Of a stretch of DNA of 50,475 nt, positions 1 through 8,583 are shown one piece after another; positions within the stretch are counted from its first letter, which is position 1; each line of letters opens with the position of its first letter. A program made the position numbers and the translations under genes. This stretch comes from Planctomycetota bacterium (GTDB taxonomy: Bacteria > Planctomycetota > PLA2): the NCBI GenBank assembly GCA_039182715.1, contig JBCDBY010000001.1, forward strand, positions 1-50,475, read 5' to 3'. The notes beneath the pieces were generated by a model that saw only the letters and a list, made by a program, of their open reading frames with translations, searched no databases and was not told where the DNA came from.

Positions 1-289
1 CGGGGATATCGCCCATCATCGACTGCATCGAGTTGGTCAGCGACGCAAGCACGACGATTCCGACCAGCAGGACGACCCCGAGCACGACCGGAATGCCGAT
101 CGCCTCCGGCACCTTCTTCCGCTGCATCCAGCGCACCGCCGGGAGGCAGAGCAGCGCGATGAAGACCGCCAGCATGAGCGGGATCAGGATGCTGGCCGCG
201 GCGCGCATGCCGGCGATGACCAGCACGAACGAACCGCCCAGAACCAGCAGCCGCGCCGCCGGCGAAAACCTCCCAGCATCCTCCGTCAC
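1..289 (-). CDS. AI-2E family transporter (PerM/YhhT-like), N-terminal fragment running off the left edge
   Basis: Not in the ORF track because no stop lies in the window. Reverse-strand translation from GTG at 289 gives VTEDAGRFSPAARLLVLGGSFVLVIAGMRAAASILIPLMLAVFIALLCLPAVRWMQRKKVPEAIGIPVVLGVVLLVGIVVLASL. This is two TM helices around a basic loop, as in AI-2E N-termini. The start codon is uncertain. Confidence 0.5.
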   Translation of the reverse strand, partial: MTEDAGRFSPAARLLVLGGSFVLVIAGMRAAASILIPLMLAVFIALLCLPAVRWMQRKKVPEAIGIPVVLGVVLLVGIVVLASLTNSMQSMMGDIP

Positions 290-340
290 GGCTGCATAGG
301 ATGGCCGATCGTCGGCCGCAGGCATAGTCTCAATTGCCCC

Positions 341-2353
341 TCAATCGGCGCCGCGCAGGATTGCGGCGGCTCGCGGATCGCCCGTCTTCGCCAGAAGCCG
401 TGCGTAGCGGATCGCCTCCGCCTTCTCGCCCCGCTGGGCGTGGAAGTAGGAGAGCGCGTAAAGCGTGTCCCCGTCGCCCGGGAGGCGACGGTGCGCCTCG
501 CGGAGGGCGGCGAGGGCTTCCTTCGGCCGGCGCGCCTGCTGGTGGAGCAGGCCGAGGTTGTAGAGCGCGCGCGGGACGTCGGCGGCGGCCGCCTGCAGAT
601 GCGCAATCGCCTCGGCCGGCCGGCCGCGCTCCGCCTCGAGGAGGCCCAGGGCGTAGTGCGCCTGCCCATTCCCGGGCTCGAAGTCGAGCACCGCGCGGAA
701 CTGGGCCGCCGCGTCGTCGGGACGGCCGAGCGCCGCCAGCAGCTGGCCGAGGTTGAAGCGCGCCGGCAGGAAGTTCGCGTCGACGGCGAGCGAGGCGCGG
801 TAGAGCTCCTCCGCCTCCGCGTGGCGACCCTCGCGTTGCGCCAGCGTCGCGCGGTTGAACGCACCCTCCGGCGTGTCCCCCAGGAACGCGAAGCGCGTCT
901 CGAGATCCGGCGTCATGCGTCCCCGGTTCTGCTGCGCGTGCACGCGGACGGCCCGGAATCGATCCTCGACACCCTGCGTCGAACCGGCGCGCGCGGCCGC
1001 CAGCCGGACAAGCGGATCGTTCGATTGGGCCGCCTCCTCGATCGCTTCCCGATCACCGCGCAGGCGCGCAATCGCCGACGCGCGCACGATGGGCGGCTCC
1101 GCCTCGCCGAACGCGACGCGCAGCAGCGCCGCGCGGTCGCCGCTCGCGAACGCCTCGCCGTAGTGCGGCTTGTCCGCCGCGACGCCGTCGCCCATGCCGC
1201 GCGCCGCCTCCGCCGCCCACGCCGCCGGCCGGTCCTGGTGGCAGTCGGTGCACGCGTTGGGCGTGCCGATCTTCACCGTCAGGTCGGGCCGCGGAATGCG
1301 GAAGGAGTGGTCGCGGCGCCCGTCGACGCCCATGTAGACCCGCTCGAGCATGTGGCAGTCGACGCAGCGCGAGCCCTCGGTTCCGGGCGTGTGTCCGTGG
1401 TGCGCCTTGGACTCGTAGTCCTGCTTCTTCAGCGTCGGAAAGCGCTCGTGCGGCGGGTCGGGCCGATGGCACTCGGTGCAGGTCGCGTTGCCTTCCCGCT
1501 TCAGCCGCGCGCTATGCGGGTCGTGGCAATCCATGCAGTGCACGCCGAGCGCGTGCATCTTCGACTGCTGGAACGAGCCCCAGACGTACACCTCGTCGCG
1601 AATCTGGCCGTCCGCGTGGTAGAGCGGTTCGGTGATCAGCGCCGGATCGTAGAAGTCGAGGAACGCGCCGTGCGGCTCGATGTCGGCGAGCTGGCTGCGG
1701 CGCGCGTGACACGCCGCGCAGGAGTCCTGCGTCGCGCGCGCGACCGGCGCCTCCGGCTCGGCGACGTGCGCCGCCATCGGACCGTGGCACGACTCGCAGC
1801 CGACGTTGATCTCCTCGAAGTGCGGCGTGTAGACGCCGGTCTGCGCGTCGTAGCCCTTGCGATAGCCGGTCGAGTGGCAGTCCGCGCACATGTGGTTCCA
1901 GTTGAAGCGCCCCTCGTCGATGGTGAACGCCTCGTCGTACCAGGTGAACCAGCGTCGGTTCGCGACGTCCCACGCGACCGGCAGCGCCTGCAGGCGGCCG
2001 TTGCCGGTGTCGAACAGGAACTGCTGCAGGGGCGCCACGCCGAAGGTGTAGGCGACGTCGTAGGTCTTGCCGTCCACCTCGGCGCGGTAGGCGTCGCCTT
2101 CGCGGAAGAAACGCGCCCGCATGCCTTCGTGCTCGAAGGTCGTATTCCCGAAGTCCGCGAGCACCGTCCGCTCGTCGGGGCGCATCATGGCCTGATCGTG
2201 GTGCGACCCGAGCCACGCGTCGTACTCCGCGGCGTGACAGGCGCGGCAGCTCTCCGTGCCCGCGTAGGCCGAGGCGGACGGCGTCCCGGGGTCACGTGGC
2301 CAGAATGCGATGGTCGCGGCGACGGCCGCAAGCGCGAGCAGCGCCCACCTCAA
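341..2353 (-). CDS. Membrane-anchored octahaem c-type cytochrome fused to C-terminal TPR repeats
   Basis: Eight CxxCH motifs: CRACH, CADCH, CESCH, CAACH, CMDCH, CTECH, CVDCH, CTDCH. The C-terminal third is TPR-like (AHYALGLLEAERGRPAEAIAHLQAA, ALYNLGLLHQQARRPKEA, YALSYFHAQRGEKAEA). The track ORF extends to 2800 but that part overlaps sixA in another frame. The likely start is TTG at 2353, just before the hydrophobic anchor RWALLALAAVAATIAFW. Confidence 0.8.
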   Translation of the reverse strand: MRWALLALAAVAATIAFWPRDPGTPSASAYAGTESCRACHAAEYDAWLGSHHDQAMMRPDERTVLADFGNTTFEHEGMRARFFREGDAYRAEVDGKTYDVAYTFGVAPLQQFLFDTGNGRLQALPVAWDVANRRWFTWYDEAFTIDEGRFNWNHMCADCHSTGYRKGYDAQTGVYTPHFEEINVGCESCHGPMAAHVAEPEAPVARATQDSCAACHARRSQLADIEPHGAFLDFYDPALITEPLYHADGQIRDEVYVWGSFQQSKMHALGVHCMDCHDPHSARLKREGNATCTECHRPDPPHERFPTLKKQDYESKAHHGHTPGTEGSRCVDCHMLERVYMGVDGRRDHSFRIPRPDLTVKIGTPNACTDCHQDRPAAWAAEAARGMGDGVAADKPHYGEAFASGDRAALLRVAFGEAEPPIVRASAIARLRGDREAIEEAAQSNDPLVRLAAARAGSTQGVEDRFRAVRVHAQQNRGRMTPDLETRFAFLGDTPEGAFNRATLAQREGRHAEAEELYRASLAVDANFLPARFNLGQLLAALGRPDDAAAQFRAVLDFEPGNGQAHYALGLLEAERGRPAEAIAHLQAAAADVPRALYNLGLLHQQARRPKEALAALREAHRRLPGDGDTLYALSYFHAQRGEKAEAIRYARLLAKTGDPRAAAILRGAD

Positions 2354-2841
2354 TCCTCCAGCTCCCGCGGCCGGATCAGCGCGTCGAGAGACCCCGCCCC
2401 CTCCATGAGGGTGCTCCAGTTGCTCGGCAGCGTGAAGTGCGCCAGCGCCGCGGTCGGAAAGAGGTGTGCCCTGCCGCTCAGGTGCGCGACGAGCGATTCG
2501 AGGCCGGGGTTGTGCCCGACGAGCAGAACGCGACGGTGGTCGGGCGGGCAGGCGCTGAGCAGCGTGAGCAGTTCCGCGATCGACGCCTCGTAGATCGTGT
2601 CCTCCCAGACGACGGGCGGCTCGCGATCCAGCTCCGGCAGCAGCGCGTGCACGGTCTGCCGAACGCGCAGCGCCGTCGAAGCGAGAACGAAGTCCGGCTG
2701 CAGGTCGTTCTCGCGGATCCAGCGGCCCATGCGCGGGGCGGCCTTCCGGCCCCGCTTGGAGAGCGGCCGCTCGAAGTCGCTGGAAGCATCGGTGTCCCAC
2801 GCCGATTTGGCGTGACGCAGCACCAAAAGCTCCCGGCTCAT
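2350..2841 (-). CDS. sixA: Phosphohistidine phosphatase SixA (histidine phosphatase superfamily)
   Basis: LVLRHAKSAW (RHG-type catalytic motif) and LLVGHNPGLESL. About 160 aa, typical SixA size. ATG at 2841 (MSRELLVLRHAKS) is preferred over the track's TTG at 2847. Confidence 0.8.
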   Translation of the reverse strand: MSRELLVLRHAKSAWDTDASSDFERPLSKRGRKAAPRMGRWIRENDLQPDFVLASTALRVRQTVHALLPELDREPPVVWEDTIYEASIAELLTLLSACPPDHRRVLLVGHNPGLESLVAHLSGRAHLFPTAALAHFTLPSNWSTLMEGAGSLDALIRPRELED

Positions 2842-2891
2842 GCGCAAAGTGTACCTAGCAGGCGCCCAAAACAGACGCTACGATCCCGCCC

Positions 2892-4046
2892 ATGATCGTC
2901 GGAACCGTCAAGGAGACCTTCCCGGGCGAACGACGCGTCGCGATCACGCCCGACGTGATCGCCAACTACGCCCGCAAAGGCTGCGAAGTCATCGTCGAGC
3001 GCGGCGCGGGTGTGGACGCGGGCATCCCCGACGCGAGCTACGAGGCGAAAGGCGCCCAGCTCGTCGATTCGCGCGATGAAGTGTTCGCCAAGGCGGAGCT
3101 GGTCGCCCAGGTGCGCATCCTCGGCGCCAACCCGGACGCCGGGGGCGACGATTTCGGGCGCATGCGCACGGGCCAGCTCGTCGTCGGCTCTGCCGACCCG
3201 CTGTCGCGGCCCGATCTCGTCCAGGCGGCCGCGGGCAGCGGCGCCAACCTCTTCTCCATGGAGCTGATCCCGCGCATCACGCGGGCGCAGAGCATGGACA
3301 TCCTCTCCTCGATGGCGACGGTGGCCGGCTACAAGGCGGTGCTGTGGTCCGCGGAGAAGCTGCCCAAGTTTTTCCCGATGTTCATGACCGCCGCCGGCAC
3401 CATCACGCCGGCGAAGGTCTTCATCATCGGCGCCGGCGTGGCGGGCCTGCAGGCAATCGCCAGCGCGAAGCGCCTCGGCGCGGTCGTGAGCGCCTACGAC
3501 GTGCGCCCCGCCGTGAAGGAGCAGGTCGAATCGCTGGGCGGCAAGTTCGTCGAGATGGAGCTCGACACCGCCGAGGGCGAGGGCGGCTACGCCAAGGAGA
3601 TGGACGAGGAGTTCTACCGCAAGCAGCGCGAACTCATGGCGCGCGTGGTGGCGGAGAACGACGTGGTGATCACTACGGCGGCGATTCCCGGGCGCAAGGC
3701 GCCGATCCTCGTGACCGCCGAGATGGTGCGCGGCATGATGCCGGGCTCGGTCATCGTCGACCTCGCCGCCGAGCGCGGCGGCAACTGCGAGCTGAGCAAG
3801 GTGGACGAGGAGGTCGTCGAGAACGGCGTGAGCATTCTCGGCCCGAGCAACGTGCCGTCGACCGTCCCCTTCCACGCCAGCCAGATGTTCTCCAAGAACG
3901 TCTTCAACTTCGTCGCGAACCTCCTCGACAAGGAGAACAACCTCAACCTCGACCCCGAGGACGAGATCATCCGCGACACCTGGATGACCAAGGAAGGCGC
4001 CGTCATCCTGCCCCGCATCAAGGAACTGCTCGAGGGAGACGCATGA
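2892..4046 (+). CDS. pntAA: NAD(P) transhydrogenase subunit alpha part 1
   Basis: MIVGTVKETFPGERRVAITP N-terminus and NAD-binding VFIIGAGVAGLQAIASAKRLGA. Followed by pntAB and pntB with 4-nt overlaps. Confidence 0.93.
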   Translation: MIVGTVKETFPGERRVAITPDVIANYARKGCEVIVERGAGVDAGIPDASYEAKGAQLVDSRDEVFAKAELVAQVRILGANPDAGGDDFGRMRTGQLVVGSADPLSRPDLVQAAAGSGANLFSMELIPRITRAQSMDILSSMATVAGYKAVLWSAEKLPKFFPMFMTAAGTITPAKVFIIGAGVAGLQAIASAKRLGAVVSAYDVRPAVKEQVESLGGKFVEMELDTAEGEGGYAKEMDEEFYRKQRELMARVVAENDVVITTAAIPGRKAPILVTAEMVRGMMPGSVIVDLAAERGGNCELSKVDEEVVENGVSILGPSNVPSTVPFHASQMFSKNVFNFVANLLDKENNLNLDPEDEIIRDTWMTKEGAVILPRIKELLEGDA

Positions 4047-4324
4047 CCGACCTGATCACGCTCCTGACCGTCTTCGTGCTCGCGATCTTCGTCGGGTTCG
4101 AGGTCATCACCAAGGTGCCGCCCACGCTGCACACGCCGCTCATGTCCGGCTCGAACGCGATCAGCGGCATCACCGTCATCGGCGCGCTGCTGCTGGCTGG
4201 CAACGCGGACGTACCCGAGCTCGGTCGCGTGCTCGCTTTCGTCGCGGTCATCTTCGCCACCATCAACGTCGTGGGCGGTTTCCTCGTCACCGGGCGCATG
4301 CTCAACATGTTCAAGCGCAAATGA
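4043..4324 (+). CDS. pntAB: NAD(P) transhydrogenase subunit alpha part 2 (membrane)
   Basis: 93-aa, 3-TM protein: MTDLITLLTVFVLAIFVGFEVITKVPPTLHTPLMSGSNAISGITVIG...GGFLVTGRMLNMFKRK. Its ATG overlaps the pntAA TGA (ATGA). It is the tail of track ORF 3344..4324. Confidence 0.9.
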   Translation: MTDLITLLTVFVLAIFVGFEVITKVPPTLHTPLMSGSNAISGITVIGALLLAGNADVPELGRVLAFVAVIFATINVVGGFLVTGRMLNMFKRK

Positions 4325-5862
4325 GCCAGCAAGCCGTCAACTTCTGCTACCTCATCGCGGCGGTCCTGTTCATCCTGGACCTGAAGTGGATGTCGCATCC
4401 GCGCACCGCGGTGCGCGGCAACCGCGCCGGCGCGCTCGGCATGCTCATCGCCATCGTGGCGACGCTGCTGAGCGGCCAGTTCGAATGGGGGTACATCGCC
4501 GGCGGCATCGCCATCGGCGGCGCGATCGGCGCGCTCGCGGCGCTGCGCGTCAAGATGACCTCGATGCCCGAGCTGGTCGGGCTCTTCAACGGCTTCGGCG
4601 GTGCCGCGTCGGTCCTCGTCGCGGGGGCCGCGCTCATCATGGCGAGTTCCTCGCTCGGGGAGCCGTCGGACCGCATGAAGATCGCGACCGTCCTCTCGGC
4701 GCTGATCGGTTCGGTCACCTTCTTCGGCAGCTACGTGGCGTTCGGCAAGCTGTCCGAGTTCCTCGCGGTGAAGTGGAAGCTCTACCCCTGGCAGAAGGCG
4801 ATCAAGTTCGGCTTCTCCGGGTTGGTGATCGCCTCCGTGCTGGCCTACGTCGTCTCGACGGGGTTCGACGCGTACACCATCGGTATGCTCGTGTGTGCCG
4901 TGGTGATCGGCGGCATCCTGCTGCTCAAGAAGGAGGCGATCCCCGGCGGCACCGCGCTCAAGATGGCGGTCGTGGTCGGCTCGCTGGCCGCGGGCTACCT
5001 CGTCGTCCAGAACCCCGACGATCCGCACGCATTCTGGCTGTTGGTCATGGTCGCGGGCGTACTCGGCGTCCTGCTGACCTGGTCGATCGGCGGCGCGGAC
5101 ATGCCGGTCGTCATCGCGCTGCTCAACAGCTACTCCGGCCTCGCCGCCGCGGCGACCGGCTTCGTCATCGACAACAACATGCTGATCATCGCCGGCTCGC
5201 TGGTCGGCGCGTCGGGCATCATCCTGACCAGCATCATGTGCAAGGCGATGAACCGCTCGCTGCTCAACGTCATGTTCAGCCGCCTCGGCCCCACGGCCGA
5301 CACGCCGGACGCCGACGAGGTCTACAAGAACGTCAAGTCGACGAGCGCGGACGAGGTCGCGATGATGCTGGAGACGGCGCAGCGCGTCTCGATCGTGCCG
5401 GGCTACGGCATGGCGGTCGCGCAGGCGCAGCACGCCGTGCGCGACCTCGCCAACCTGGTCGAGGAGAAGTTCGGCGCGGAGGTCGAGTACGCGATCCATC
5501 CGGTCGCCGGCCGCATGCCGGGCCACATGAACGTGCTGCTCGCCGAGGCGGACGTCTCCTACGACAAGCTCAAGGAGATGGACGAGGTCAACGGCACGAT
5601 CGAGACCTGCGACGTGGTGATCGTCGTGGGCGCGAACGACGTCGTGAATCCGGTCGCGCGCACCGATCCGAGCTCGCCGATCGCCGGCATGCCGATTATC
5701 GACGTCGACAAGGCGCGCACGGTGGTCGTCATCAAGCGCAGCCTCAGCCCCGGCTTCGCCGGCATCCCCAACCCGCTGTTCGCCAACGACAACACGCTCA
5801 TGTTCTTCTCCGATGCCAAGAAGGCGTTCCAGGAGCTCAACACCGCCGTCAAGGAGACGTAG
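4321..5862 (+). CDS. pntB: NAD(P) transhydrogenase subunit beta
   Basis: Polytopic N-terminal half plus C-terminal NADP(H) domain with PGYGMAVAQAQHAV and VIVVGANDVVNP. ATGA overlap with pntAB. Confidence 0.93.
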   Translation: MSQQAVNFCYLIAAVLFILDLKWMSHPRTAVRGNRAGALGMLIAIVATLLSGQFEWGYIAGGIAIGGAIGALAALRVKMTSMPELVGLFNGFGGAASVLVAGAALIMASSSLGEPSDRMKIATVLSALIGSVTFFGSYVAFGKLSEFLAVKWKLYPWQKAIKFGFSGLVIASVLAYVVSTGFDAYTIGMLVCAVVIGGILLLKKEAIPGGTALKMAVVVGSLAAGYLVVQNPDDPHAFWLLVMVAGVLGVLLTWSIGGADMPVVIALLNSYSGLAAAATGFVIDNNMLIIAGSLVGASGIILTSIMCKAMNRSLLNVMFSRLGPTADTPDADEVYKNVKSTSADEVAMMLETAQRVSIVPGYGMAVAQAQHAVRDLANLVEEKFGAEVEYAIHPVAGRMPGHMNVLLAEADVSYDKLKEMDEVNGTIETCDVVIVVGANDVVNPVARTDPSSPIAGMPIIDVDKARTVVVIKRSLSPGFAGIPNPLFANDNTLMFFSDAKKAFQELNTAVKET

Positions 5863-5864
5863 CG

Positions 5865-6305
5865 ATGGCCACGCTCGAGCGCATCTGGATCAAGCGCGCC
5901 CACAAGGGGCCGATGGACGAAGTGCGCGAAGCGGAGGCGGTGCTCGACGGCGGACTGTCGACGAGCGCCGACCAGGGCGGCCAGCGCCAGGTGACGATCC
6001 TCTCCGCGGAGCGCTGGACCGAGATCATGGCGGAACTCGACGCCGATCTCGATCCGGTGGTCCGGCGCGCCAATCTTTTCGTCACCGGGATCGATCTGGT
6101 CGAGTCGCGCGGCCGCATCGTCCGCATCGGCGACGTCGAGCTCACGATCCGGGGCGAAACCCGCCCCTGCGCCCTCATGGACGAGATCCAGCCCGGCCTC
6201 CAGGAGGCGTTGCGGGCCCGCTGGGGCGGCGGCGCGTTCGCCCAGGTGACCCGGGGCGGGACAATCCGCGCCGGCGATTCCGTCTCTCTGCTCGACCCGG
6301 CTTAG
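5865..6305 (+). CDS. MOSC domain-containing protein (YiiM-like)
   Basis: 146 aa: MATLERIWIKRAHKGPMDEV...LTIRGETRPCALMDEIQPGLQEAL...GGTIRAGDSV (conserved Cys loop). It is the tail of track ORF 4386..6305 and starts 2 nt after the pntB stop. Confidence 0.75.
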   Translation: MATLERIWIKRAHKGPMDEVREAEAVLDGGLSTSADQGGQRQVTILSAERWTEIMAELDADLDPVVRRANLFVTGIDLVESRGRIVRIGDVELTIRGETRPCALMDEIQPGLQEALRARWGGGAFAQVTRGGTIRAGDSVSLLDPA

Positions 6306-6380
6306 CTGGGTGATACCCGTTCACCGAGAGGATATGGGACCAAGGCTTGAGGCGCCTGGGTCCGTGAACGAGGTCGAAAT

Positions 6381-8528
6381 ATGAGGAACGGAACGAGATT
6401 CCGCGCACAGCGCGGAACCATGCTGAGCGTTGTTCTGCTCATCGCGAGCGCGATCGCCGTCCTGGCGGCCATCAGCTCGGGTCGCGTGGCGATGGAAAGC
6501 CGCGGCCAGCGGACGATGGAAGACGAAGCGCGCGCGCTGAACGAAGCGTTCGCTCGCCTGCACTTCGCCATCAACATCGTCGACAACAGCGCCTACAACG
6601 ACGACAACCGCAACCTGGCGCTCAAGGCGGCCATGGAGGGCATGCACGGCGGCACCATCGCCGGCGACGCGGCCGAGGGAGAGGCCTGGATGGCCGATCC
6701 GAGCGGCGTCGAGTACGGCAAGCTCGAGGATTGCGACGTCCGCGTCTACCACGCCCGGGACTACATCCCGCGGCTCGAGAAGCTCCGCGGCGAGGCGGTC
6801 CAGCTCGACCTCGACCCGTCGCACGACACGCGCGCCTGGTACGTCCTCGAGGCGACCGGCCGCGCGGGCGACGCGACGCGCCTCGTCTCCGCGCTCATCC
6901 GCGAGAACGAGCCCTTCAGCTCCTTCGTCTTCTTCCAGAACCGCCACCCGCTCGGGATCTCGGGCTCTCCGCGCGGCCTGATCCACTCGAACGACGTCGT
7001 CGACTTCTACTTCGCGAACGGCGACTTCCAGGACCCGGTCTCCGCGGTGAACGGCTTCCGCTACCAGTCGGGCGCGACGTCGGAGAACACCAACATCGTC
7101 GACGGCAACGCCGAGGCGCAGCGCATCGATCTCGAGTCGGTCGACTTCGACAAGCTCAAGGGCGAGGCGAGCCTCTTCACGGGCCAGCCCGGCCTCGACG
7201 CCGAGATCCAGTTCCGCGCGAACGGCGACATCCGCATTCGCGAGTACACGAAGCCGCGCGTCGATCTCGTGGAGCAGACCTACGAGTACGACGTGATCGA
7301 CCACTACGAGACCGAGACGCGCACGGAGATGCAGTCGATCCAGGTCGGCACCACGACCGAGGAGCGCACGCGCAACAACCCGGTCTACCGCAGCGAGGAG
7401 TACACCGTCGAGGTGCCCGTCTACGAGGACCGGGAAGTCACTCGCACGCGCAACATCCCGATCTACGAGGATCGCGTCGTGACGCGTACGCGCTGGGTGC
7501 AGGTCTTCGTGCCCTACGACAACGGCGACCCGCAGGGCGGCACGGCCGTCGGCGGCGGCGGCGGCGCGCTCGGCGAGTGGCGCTGGGTGCAGGAGCCGTA
7601 CGAGACGGTCGAGAGCGTCGTCGTGCGCTACGAGACCGAGGAGTACCAGACCACCGAGCCGGTGCAGGTCGGCACCACGACGCAGACGCGCACCCGCAAC
7701 GTGATCGACTACTACGTCGAGGAGACCTACACCGTCGAGGTGCCGGTCTTCGAGCAGCAGGAGGTGACGGTCGAGGTGCAGGTGCCCGTCTACCGCACCG
7801 AGAGCTACACCGTCGAGGAGGAGGTCTACGTGCCGCCCTCGCTCGTCGAGGAGCACGTCGTCGATGGCCACGACCGCTCCGGGACGATCTACATCGACGG
7901 CCGCGTGACCAAGCTCGCGGGCGACGTGAACACGCGCGCCACGCTGGTGGCCAACGAGAAGGTGCGCATCACCGGCAATCTCCGCTACGTCGACGACGAC
8001 GGGGACCGCGCGATGAGCGGCGGGAGCGACTACACCGAGACGTACACGCGCAACACCGACTACGACGGGCACAGCGTGCTCGGCATCCTGGCGCGCGACG
8101 ACGTGCTCTTCACGAACGCGCTGCCCAACCAGTCGGAGATCAACGCGACGCTCATGTCGGTCGAGGGGCGCGTCGGCATCGACGGCTTCGCGATCAGCGC
8201 CGAGGGCAACCCGGACAAGAACTGGTACGCCGGCCTGAGCGCGGCGGAGCGCCGGATCGAGGAAGCGTACGACCAGGGCCCCTACCGCACGCGCCGCTTC
8301 CGCAAGGACTCGCTGCGTCGCATCGGCGGCGTCATCTCGAACGACCGCATCCTCGAGACCTACATCCGCCCGTCGAGCGACGGGACGGCGACGGTGGACG
8401 CCGGCTTCCGGCGTGGCAGCATGAAGTTCGACTTCAACCTGCTGTTCAACCCGCCGCCGAGCTTCGTCGAGGTGCCGCGTCCCGTCGTGACCTACTTCAC
8501 GCCGGTCTACTTCAGCCGCGGCGAGTAG
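6381..8528 (+). CDS. Secreted/anchored hypothetical protein with PilX_N-like N-terminus and internal YTVEVPV repeats
   Basis: The N-terminus QRGTMLSVVLLIASAIAVLAAISSGRVAMESRGQRTMEDEARALNEAF resembles the PilX/GspK-type pseudopilin leader. SD GAGG lies 7 nt upstream of the ATG. The centre carries an in-frame duplication (see the repeat feature). The C-terminus is beta-rich with no recognisable domain. Confidence 0.7.
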   Translation: MRNGTRFRAQRGTMLSVVLLIASAIAVLAAISSGRVAMESRGQRTMEDEARALNEAFARLHFAINIVDNSAYNDDNRNLALKAAMEGMHGGTIAGDAAEGEAWMADPSGVEYGKLEDCDVRVYHARDYIPRLEKLRGEAVQLDLDPSHDTRAWYVLEATGRAGDATRLVSALIRENEPFSSFVFFQNRHPLGISGSPRGLIHSNDVVDFYFANGDFQDPVSAVNGFRYQSGATSENTNIVDGNAEAQRIDLESVDFDKLKGEASLFTGQPGLDAEIQFRANGDIRIREYTKPRVDLVEQTYEYDVIDHYETETRTEMQSIQVGTTTEERTRNNPVYRSEEYTVEVPVYEDREVTRTRNIPIYEDRVVTRTRWVQVFVPYDNGDPQGGTAVGGGGGALGEWRWVQEPYETVESVVVRYETEEYQTTEPVQVGTTTQTRTRNVIDYYVEETYTVEVPVFEQQEVTVEVQVPVYRTESYTVEEEVYVPPSLVEEHVVDGHDRSGTIYIDGRVTKLAGDVNTRATLVANEKVRITGNLRYVDDDGDRAMSGGSDYTETYTRNTDYDGHSVLGILARDDVLFTNALPNQSEINATLMSVEGRVGIDGFAISAEGNPDKNWYAGLSAAERRIEEAYDQGPYRTRRFRKDSLRRIGGVISNDRILETYIRPSSDGTATVDAGFRRGSMKFDFNLLFNPPPSFVEVPRPVVTYFTPVYFSRGE
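7341..7818 (+). repeat. In-frame internal duplication inside CDS 6381..8528
   Basis: caggtcggcaccacgac occurs at 7341 and 7665 (period 324 nt). tacaccgtcgaggtgcc occurs at 7401 and 7728, and tacaccgtcgagg again at 7806. At protein level QVGTTTEERTRN..EEYTVEVPVYEDREVT matches QVGTTTQTRTRN..ETYTVEVPVFEQQEVT, followed by ESYTVEEEVYVP. Confidence 0.85.
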
Positions 8529-8545
8529 GAGCCAGCTCCACCCCC

Positions 8546-8583
8546 ATCCACGCGGCGAGGGACATCGCCCCCGCCGCGTGGAT
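8546..8583 (+). terminator. Strong GC hairpin downstream of CDS 6381..8528 (possible terminator, no U-tract)
   Basis: Perfect 12-bp stem ATCCACGCGGCG / CGCCGCGTGGAT with a 14-nt loop, 18 nt after the stop codon. No T-run follows, so an intrinsic-terminator call is weak. Confidence 0.3.

Noticed and set aside
341-2800. N-terminal 150-aa extension of the cytochrome ORF, and likewise the 12016..12354 extension of the MBOAT ORF and the 20567..21736 extension of the IMPase ORF.
   Set aside because: The extensions overlap well-supported genes (sixA, the DCC gene, X3) in other frames and are Arg/Pro-rich. Plausible internal starts exist immediately before the signal/anchor sequence or the conserved N-terminus.
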